IMG/VR virus record: IMGVR_UViG_3300028805_000078
Span: 32,001 to 96,000 of that record
Length of the DNA: 64,000 nucleotides
Source of the DNA: a virus
Taxonomy: Duplodnaviria; Caudoviricetes
Strand: one strand, 5' to 3'
Positions 57,854 to 64,000 of this stretch are shown here, piece after piece. The notes beneath the pieces are model-generated. The model was not told the origin of the DNA and searched no databases. It saw only the letters and a program-made list of their open reading frames with translations. Every line of letters begins with the position of its first letter. Position 1 is the stretch's first letter. The position numbers and the translations under genes are program-made.

Positions 57854-58151
57854 TCCACTTCACCGCCTTTCCGCACATCCAACAGAACTTTGACTTCAAC
57901 CCTTCTAATGCGGGAAGCGGAGCTCTGCAATGTCCGCATCTCCCGTATGTATGATTCCAATATGTTTCATCTATCGGTTTAACAGGTTCCTGTTCTTTTA
58001 GGAGTTGAAGCGCATCGAACTGTATTTGAGTAACGCAGTCATCTTCAACATCTGTGAAATACGGGCAATTGTTACAACCATCTTCTGCGTATAAAATGTT
58101 TTCGTGAGTGCAATGCTTCAGCCCTTCTATAACTTTTTCAAGCTCCGCCAT
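57846..58151 (-). CDS. Cys-rich zinc-ribbon protein
   Basis: Start MAELEKVIEGLKHC; 'CGHC...FCWMCGKAVKW'. Confidence 0.6.
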   Translation of the reverse strand: MAELEKVIEGLKHCTHENILYAEDGCNNCPYFTDVEDDCVTQIQFDALQLLKEQEPVKPIDETYWNHTYGRCGHCRAPLPALEGLKSKFCWMCGKAVKWND

Positions 58152-58164
58152 TACTGTTGTCCTT

Positions 58165-58350
58165 TCAATATCCATGCTCAATTGCCCAAGTACTTTCATG
58201 GGCAAGTTTCGTAAATTTGTTTATATAATCGGCGGCTTCACCTTTCGTATTTCCTTCAAACGGAGGAAGAGGATAAGGCGAATGTTCCTGCATTTCTGCA
58301 ATATACGACAGTTGTTTGTCCGTTGCCTTATCGTTTCGCCAGTTTTTCAT
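58165..58350 (-). CDS. Hypothetical protein
   Basis: 'ATDKQLSYI.......TKGEAADYI'. Confidence 0.6.
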   Translation of the reverse strand: MKNWRNDKATDKQLSYIAEMQEHSPYPLPPFEGNTKGEAADYINKFTKLAHESTWAIEHGY

Positions 58351-58634
58351 TTTTCAACCTTTACTGACAACACAGTGTCTTTCAGAATTTGTTCGAACGT
58401 GTCATTGAGCACCTGTTTAAGGATCTCTTCTCTTGCCGGACCGAACCACTTGTTTTTGAACTTCATAACGGCTTTACTGTATGTTTCGTCTCCGTAATCG
58501 CCGCTCGTATACCATTCGATGTCGTGCATGAGCGTACACAGATCCTTCCATAAGGCGCGAATTTCGAGGTCGGGTATAAGGTGCGTTATTTCTTCCATTC
58601 TCCCGAAGAAATAATCCATACTTCCGCCGCTCAT
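58347..58634 (-). CDS. Hypothetical protein
   Basis: 'MSGGS.DY...HDIEWY.SGDYG'. Confidence 0.65.
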   Translation of the reverse strand: MSGGSMDYFFGRMEEITHLIPDLEIRALWKDLCTLMHDIEWYTSGDYGDETYSKAVMKFKNKWFGPAREEILKQVLNDTFEQILKDTVLSVKVEK

Positions 58635-58837
58635 TACTTCATCTCCCTGACGGCTTTATCGATATCGGGCGTCGTCGTATAGCCGGGCAGACCGTCAAAA
58701 AACTGTCTGAGAGACGCGAACAATTCAGGATGTTTGATTTCAATATAGCCAAGATAAAGCCTGAGATTATAAACGGTGTTGCGCAGACGAACATTTTCGT
58801 CATTCAGTTGCTCAATCTTCTTTTTTCCGAACAGCAT
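58634..58837 (-). CDS. Hypothetical protein
   Basis: Start MLFGKKK after GGAG. Confidence 0.5.
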   Translation of the reverse strand: MLFGKKKIEQLNDENVRLRNTVYNLRLYLGYIEIKHPELFASLRQFFDGLPGYTTTPDIDKAVREMK

Positions 58838-58860
58838 AATGATTTTCTCCTTTGAAAGTA

Positions 58861-58907
58861 TAAAAATGGGGAACATAATCAGGTTTCAATAGTGAAAATG
58901 TTCCCCA
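58861..58907 (-). terminator. Terminator-like hairpin
   Basis: TGGGGAACAT...ATGTTCCCCA followed by TTTTT on the minus strand. Confidence 0.55.
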
Positions 58908-58931
58908 AAGTTTAGTTAAAGTTTAGTTGTT

Positions 58932-59168
58932 TTACGCCCTGAAGCGTTCTACCGCAGCAGGAAATACGCCGTCATGCGTTTCGTTTACGAGATACATATC
59001 ATCCCATTCGCTCCACGCATACATAACACCGATCAGTGACTTAGGCGCAACGGAATAGCGGCCGCTGCCGTCGATGAGCGTGTAACCGTCAGCGTCGAAT
59101 GCGTTCACGAAATCAACGATATCCGTCTTTGTGTCAAGATGAATCCTTACTTTAGTCATTGTCTTCAT
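58932..59168 (-). CDS. HPr-like (PTS phosphocarrier-related) protein
   Basis: 78 aa; 'I.L....DI.DFVN.......L..G.GRYSV..KSLIGVM'. Confidence 0.6.
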   Translation of the reverse strand: MKTMTKVRIHLDTKTDIVDFVNAFDADGYTLIDGSGRYSVAPKSLIGVMYAWSEWDDMYLVNETHDGVFPAAVERFRA

Positions 59169-59517
59169 CCTCCTCGAAATCAGAATCTGTCAACTTGTTA
59201 AATGATTCGCTGACTAAATCAGAGATACGTTTGAGAAGCAGCATGCTGGCATCCTCTTCGTCTACTTCCGAATAAGCATTAAACGCTTCTCTTTCCTTCT
59301 TGTGCGCTTCATCGAAAGCCTTCATTGCCTCGATAAGGTTGTTGCGGAGTTCGGTTCTGTTGTCCTTTTTCGTTGCTTCTTCAGCCTGCTTTTTAATTCT
59401 CTCAAACTCGCGGCGCATCTTTGCATTCTCGATCTTGAACTTCATTTCTGCCGCAACACATTCTGCCTGCGTATCGTAATTCTTGTTCGTGATGTCAGAA
59501 TAATACATTGTTCTCAT
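59152..59517 (-). CDS. Coiled-coil hypothetical protein
   Basis: Start MRTMYYSDITNK.YDT..EC..AE after AAGGAG. Confidence 0.65.
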   Translation of the reverse strand: MRTMYYSDITNKNYDTQAECVAAEMKFKIENAKMRREFERIKKQAEEATKKDNRTELRNNLIEAMKAFDEAHKKEREAFNAYSEVDEEDASMLLLKRISDLVSESFNKLTDSDFEEDEDND

Positions 59518-59559
59518 ACTTAATTTCTCCTTTATAAACCTAATAATTATTAATATAAA

Positions 59560-59775
59560 CTGCACCTGCTAACTATGACGGCGGCATCCATCCCCGTCAC
59601 CAATACAACCTCGATGCAAGCAGGAAGCGTGGGGTAGATAAATCCAAGAGTACCGCTTCGAAACACACAAGGATGAATTAGTGTGTCCTGTACTCCCGTC
59701 CCCCCTGGTTGCGCTATGCTGGTTTCAATTGTGCCATATGTCCGTCAGTGGTGCGCTTGCATCAGTGGCGTAGAC
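59560..59775 (-). ncRNA. Candidate structured RNA/leader (contains RNA motif copy B)
   Basis: GC-rich intergenic stretch with nested stems that need G-U pairs only on the minus strand. Confidence 0.45.
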
Positions 59776-59781
59776 GGAACG

Positions 59782-60051
59782 TTATTTTTCGTCTTCGCTG
59801 TTGAATGGATTGCCGTTGACAATGCTGTAATCATCGCTAAGCCCGCCGCACGCATAGTACCAGTCGATTTCATGATACGCAAAATCGTCATTCTCTTCGC
59901 TTAATGGACAATCATCCATACGTTTTTTCTTAAAGGGAAAGTTGTAACCACTCGAATGATATGTCACATTGCAAAATGGATAATCTCCGCTGTAATCAAA
60001 CATTGGACAATCATCGCAGGAATTTGGCATTTCCATTTTGATTCTTAGCAT
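59782..60051 (-). CDS. Cys-rich hypothetical protein
   Basis: 'MEMP.SC.DCP.....C.........R.DDCPL'. Confidence 0.6.
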   Translation of the reverse strand: MLRIKMEMPNSCDDCPMFDYSGDYPFCNVTYHSSGYNFPFKKKRMDDCPLSEENDDFAYHEIDWYYACGGLSDDYSIVNGNPFNSEDEK

Positions 60052-60066
60052 TATTAATTATCCTTT

Positions 60067-60744
60067 TTAGATATGCAAATCTGCGAATGTCACATAACAA
60101 TCTGGCGCATTCAAAACGAAATCGTCAAATTCTTTTACGTAAGCATCCCAGGATTCTGCCGTAGAATCGTCACACGCAAACCATCCCATAGTTCCGGGCG
60201 AATGCCATTCACCATCGGGAGTTATGAAGCTGTAAGGAACCGTTCTGGCAGCATACTTAATATAATTGTCCTTTGTTTTGAAACGTTCGAGATAATACTC
60301 TCTTGTGTAGTATGCTTTCGCATCGGGGTCTTTGCCTTCTACGTATTCTTCCCAGAACGACGCCGCTTCACGCCCGCTTTCTTCGTCAACTTTAAAGAAA
60401 TCTACACTGTGTTTCCTAAGCCAGCCACTATTCGTATAACGATGGCGCGATTTCAGCTCGAATAAGTAGTCTTTACCGTCTATCGTATACCAATCCCAAT
60501 AGCCGTTTGGGTTATACCAATATCCCCACTGGTCATTCTCGTACACGTAATGGAAGTTTTTGACATAACTATCAAAAGTCCAGTTTTTGTTCTCAATGCA
60601 GAATTTTTCAAACCTGTCTTTCAATTCTTCTTCCGTGATTGGCTGAAATACGTAATACTTTTTATCACATTCGTTATACGGTTCAAGCAGGGCATGAAAA
60701 TCGTCTGGCGATTTTGCGAATACGGCGCAGCAATAATGACTCAT
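60067..60744 (-). CDS. Conserved phage protein
   Basis: 'MSHY...NPNG.WDWY.I.G...FITPDGEWH..G.MGWF....D.H'. Confidence 0.7.
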   Translation of the reverse strand: MSHYCCAVFAKSPDDFHALLEPYNECDKKYYVFQPITEEELKDRFEKFCIENKNWTFDSYVKNFHYVYENDQWGYWYNPNGYWDWYTIDGKDYLFELKSRHRYTNSGWLRKHSVDFFKVDEESGREAASFWEEYVEGKDPDAKAYYTREYYLERFKTKDNYIKYAARTVPYSFITPDGEWHSPGTMGWFACDDSTAESWDAYVKEFDDFVLNAPDCYVTFADLHI

Positions 60745-61055
60745 GCGTGATATACCCCACTCTCAATTTTGCTGATTGCATGATCGATGTACCATCTGGC
60801 CTTGCGGAGATCCTCAACAGGCTTCTGCTTCTCTTTAAAACGCCACAGGTACTTGATTGCATTCCCTACGCAGAAGTCAAGACCGAAACCGCAGGCGTCA
60901 AGCGCGTCAATGCACTCAACCCCACCCTGATTATAATGATCAGGATGATTTACTGCGCTATGTACCGTGAAATCATCCTGTTCGCAATCAGGTGCAAATT
61001 CTTCCCAGGGACGAAGTGCTGTATTTTCTGTCTTTAAATCATTTGTTACGATCAT
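60741..61055 (-). CDS. DUF3310 (T7 gp1.7/SaV-like nucleotide kinase family) protein
   Basis: 'VNHPDHYNQGGVECID....GNAIKYLWR...K...EDLRKARWY'. Confidence 0.85.
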   Translation of the reverse strand: MIVTNDLKTENTALRPWEEFAPDCEQDDFTVHSAVNHPDHYNQGGVECIDALDACGFGLDFCVGNAIKYLWRFKEKQKPVEDLRKARWYIDHAISKIESGVYHA

Positions 61056-61071
61056 AAATTACTCCATGCTA

Positions 61072-61824
61072 TTATTGAAGTTGAATAATATCGTTAAACA
61101 GGAAGTGTATGTCTCCGTCTATCCTGTTCGTGTGCCAATGGCCGCAATACCATTTGTCGAACGTGATTTCGTCTTTTATGTCCGCAAGGAAGTTTTCCAT
61201 CGTTCGATCTATCTTTGACTGATCTATGTTCGGAAGGAACATATCACGCGGCTCATATCCTGCAGGACAGGTGTGAGTAAACACGTAGTCATAATCAGCG
61301 TGTTCATTTGTCCGCACTATCAAAGCTCGTTCACTTTGAGACAACTGTTCGTCTGCAAACCAACGGTAGTTGTGGTTTCCGAGATCGTACATTTCAAGAC
61401 GATAATCTTTATCTACGGAGTACGCGCCGCCGATTACGAGCGTACGTTTCTTTACACCGTTCACGTTCAGTGTGTAATGTTCTCCGTCTTCCATGTAGAG
61501 AATAGACGGAAACTCACTTTCATACATGAAGAAACCACAGTACTCTTCCGCAGAAATGAATTTATCTTTTTTATCTTCTTCGTTCCATCCCGTTCCGGGG
61601 CGTGCTTCATGGTTGCCGCGAACAAGCATCAGCGTGATCGGAAGCGCTTCGAGCTTCTGTTTAAGCTTCTTGTCGCGCTTATCGAGATAGTAATTCACGC
61701 CTGCATCACCAAGGATGATAAGCACATCGTGTTTTGTCGTCTTAACTTTGTTGCAGAAATCAATGACTCTTGCAAACACGCCATGCGTATCTCCTGTTAC
61801 ATAGAAATTTCCAATCGGTTCCAA
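61072..61824 (-). CDS. Calcineurin-like metallophosphoesterase
   Basis: GDTHG, LGDAG, RGNHE, THTCP, GHWH. Confidence 0.9.
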   Translation of the reverse strand: MEPIGNFYVTGDTHGVFARVIDFCNKVKTTKHDVLIILGDAGVNYYLDKRDKKLKQKLEALPITLMLVRGNHEARPGTGWNEEDKKDKFISAEEYCGFFMYESEFPSILYMEDGEHYTLNVNGVKKRTLVIGGAYSVDKDYRLEMYDLGNHNYRWFADEQLSQSERALIVRTNEHADYDYVFTHTCPAGYEPRDMFLPNIDQSKIDRTMENFLADIKDEITFDKWYCGHWHTNRIDGDIHFLFNDIIQLQ

Positions 61825-61874
61825 CGGTTCACCTTCTTTCGTTCCGTTTATTCTCTTTTTTATTCTTTTTCTTT

Positions 61875-61904
61875 CCCTTATAGGTCATTAGTGAATGATT
61901 ACAT
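61875..61904 (-). promoter_or_regulatory. 30-bp promoter-like motif, copy 4 (identical to copy 3)
   Basis: Reverse complement reads ATGTAATCATTCACTAATGACCTATAAGGG then AAAGAAA, upstream of the phosphoesterase gene. Confidence 0.75.
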
Positions 61905-61905
61905 T

Positions 61906-62685
61906 TTAATACTCACGGCCAGTGAACCAGCTCAAAGGTTTAGCGCCTTTCAAATGACTCAGATCTCCCTGTTTTGTGCTTCCGGGTATCTTACCTTTAT
62001 CGGTAAACTGATGAAGATCTACCTTGTTCGTACACTTTAATGACGCAAGCTCTACGCCGTCATCGAGACCGTTGTTCTTTCCGTAGCTCGCAATCCAGAT
62101 TGTATCGAAGAGATCCTGCAGCTTTTTATAGTAGGTCGAATACAACCAGTCTCCCGTGTACTGACCAACTTTTTCAGCGCCAAGCTCGCGCAGATGCGCC
62201 ACATAACTCTTGATGAATTCCATCTCTTCGCCGCGCTGAACACCCGTGGCAAGCTGCTCTGTGTCAATATAGTAGACGCGTGGATTATATTTACTCGCCA
62301 CCTCATAGAGCTTTTCAGCCTGCTGTATAGCCATTCTGTTGCCTGTAAGCGTAACGTAATCGTATACACCGAAAGGCATGCCGCGCTTTACAAGTTCCTG
62401 CGCCCACTTTTCAAACCGAATATCGGTCTTTTGACAGTACCTTGCACGCAGGATAACGAAATCCACGTTTGCACACAGCGTATCGAAATCCGGATCTGAA
62501 TCGTACGACGAAAGATCCACGATCAGATTGTGCACAGGATATACATTTGCTTTCGGCTTTTCTTTTATACCTATAGCGGCATCAGCAAATCCTTTGGAAT
62601 AGCCTTCCTCGTATGCTTCCTGTAAAAAGGCGCGGAACCTGTCTGTCTGTTCCTGCGTAAGTACATATTCAATATTATTATACAT
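61906..62685 (-). CDS. GH25-family muramidase (lysozyme-like)
   Basis: 'VDLSSY...DFVILRA...FGVYDY...YIDTE...WIASYG...LHQFTDKG.IPG...DLS'. Confidence 0.85.
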   Translation of the reverse strand: MYNNIEYVLTQEQTDRFRAFLQEAYEEGYSKGFADAAIGIKEKPKANVYPVHNLIVDLSSYDSDPDFDTLCANVDFVILRARYCQKTDIRFEKWAQELVKRGMPFGVYDYVTLTGNRMAIQQAEKLYEVASKYNPRVYYIDTEQLATGVQRGEEMEFIKSYVAHLRELGAEKVGQYTGDWLYSTYYKKLQDLFDTIWIASYGKNNGLDDGVELASLKCTNKVDLHQFTDKGKIPGSTKQGDLSHLKGAKPLSWFTGREY

Positions 62686-63961
62686 TTGATTTTTTCCCCC
62701 TGAGAATTACATTCAGAAGCACGCCGAGTACCATCGCAAGGCTTACACCGGCGAAACTTTCGCTAAATAACCATATTCCGCTTACACCTACAGTCAGGAT
62801 AACACTGACGATGACAAGATTCTTATTGTCATTCAGGTCCGCTCCGCTTCTCAGCAGCGTCTTGAGTCCGGATACGATGATGTAACCGTACAGGATCATT
62901 GCACAGCCGCCAAACACACACGCAGGAACAGAACGTATAAATGCCTGTACCGGCGCAATAAATGAAAGCGCGATAATCATGAACGCAGCTGTAGAAATTA
63001 CACGTACGGATGCTACACGGCTGAAACCTGTCGTTGCGATACTTTCACCGTATGACGTATTCGGGAGACCGCACAGTACAGTACCGAGGAAGCTCGCGCA
63101 GCCGTCTCCGAGAAGTGTTTTATGAAGACCAGGCGTTTCGGTTAAGTCTGTACCTATAATATTGCTGAGCACTTTGTGATCAGAATAATGTTCAAGCAGC
63201 GCGCATACAGCCACAGGAATAAACAATGCAATAACCTTGACAATATTGCCCGAAATTGCCGAAATGTTTGCATTCAGGAAAGTGAATTCAGGTACTGCAA
63301 AGAAAGAACTTATATGAAACTCCGCAAAATTGATTAAATTGCAGACGTTTGTCAAAGTCAGCACGAGCGCAAGAAGATAACCGGCAGCAAGACCGAGCAA
63401 AAACGGCACGGTTTTCAGGAAACCTTTAAAGTAATGTGAGGAAACCGCTACAACAGTCATTGTGAACAGCGCAACGAGTACACCCCACATATTGTAAGCG
63501 CTGGCAACCTGTACGTATGTCGGAATAAAGCCCGCAAGATTCAAGCCGATGACCATAGTTGTCGGTCCAACAATAATTGCCGGGAAAATCCTGTCAAGCG
63601 CAGCCTTTCCGGCCATGTTAACGATAAGAGAGAATACCCCGTACACCAAAAGGATAACGAGACCACCGAGCATCACCGTCGAATAATCTCCGTTGGACGC
63701 TGCAAGTGCGCCGATCACCGCAGAGCACGTTGCGCCGCATGAAGAGATAAACATAGGTGATTTGAAGCCCGTGATAAGCTGATAAAGCAACGTAGCGCAA
63801 CCGGCACCGAACAAGCACGACGACACAGGTGTGCCGCAAATGTTCGCAATCAATACCGTGGCTACAAATACGGCCATCAGCTGCTGCAAGGCATAAAAGA
63901 ACAATTCACGGAGCGTTTTCGGTTTGTCGGAAATGTCATACAGAAGATTTTTATTCTGCAT
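62678..63961 (-). CDS. uraA: NCS2-family uracil/xanthine permease (UraA/PyrP-like)
   Basis: Multi-TM 427 aa; 'ALQQLMAVF.AT', 'LLGDG.AS...G..PNTSYGES...SRVAS', 'V.GG....LYG.I..SG'; GGAGG RBS. Confidence 0.85.
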   Translation of the reverse strand: MQNKNLLYDISDKPKTLRELFFYALQQLMAVFVATVLIANICGTPVSSCLFGAGCATLLYQLITGFKSPMFISSCGATCSAVIGALAASNGDYSTVMLGGLVILLVYGVFSLIVNMAGKAALDRIFPAIIVGPTTMVIGLNLAGFIPTYVQVASAYNMWGVLVALFTMTVVAVSSHYFKGFLKTVPFLLGLAAGYLLALVLTLTNVCNLINFAEFHISSFFAVPEFTFLNANISAISGNIVKVIALFIPVAVCALLEHYSDHKVLSNIIGTDLTETPGLHKTLLGDGCASFLGTVLCGLPNTSYGESIATTGFSRVASVRVISTAAFMIIALSFIAPVQAFIRSVPACVFGGCAMILYGYIIVSGLKTLLRSGADLNDNKNLVIVSVILTVGVSGIWLFSESFAGVSLAMVLGVLLNVILRGKKSNV

Positions 63962-64000
63962 TTGCGGCCTCCGTTGAAGTTTCTTCCTTGTTTGCAGATT

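Noticed and set aside
1-64000. CRISPR array; alternative genetic code
   Set aside because: No regularly spaced repeat-spacer run was seen. Long ORFs are intact in the standard code, and TAA, TAG and TGA all act as stops.

Overview
The whole window is part of a large temperate siphophage genome, probably infecting a Clostridia-type Firmicute (Shine-Dalgarno motifs, sigma-A promoters, XkdX, BppU and phiLC3-holin families). No host chromosome is visible. Rightward arm (1-48830): the 3' part of the major capsid gene, head-tail joining genes, a major tail gene split by a group I intron carrying a GIY-YIG endonuclease, a tail chaperone with a -1 frameshift, a 5483-aa tape measure protein (TMP), Dit/Tal and modular fibre genes, a C39-type endolysin, a ferritin-like four-gene module and holins. 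Middle (48850-51070): a tRNA-Cys 3'-half attP, a tyrosine integrase and divergent sigma-A promoters. Leftward arm (51070-64000): many small accessory genes, including a radical SAM protein, HPr-like, DUF3310, a metallophosphoesterase, a GH25 muramidase and an NCS2 uracil permease. The strongest novelty candidate is the TMP, which carries a full motif set of a two-barrel single-subunit RNA polymerase (GDFDGD) followed by a RecB/Cas4-like PD-(D/E)xK nuclease. A 30-bp phage-specific promoter-like motif occurs four times. Two further unexplained non-coding elements each occur twice: a covarying RNA motif and a 98-bp palindrome-core-palindrome element. All family assignments come from recognising motifs by eye; no searches were run.
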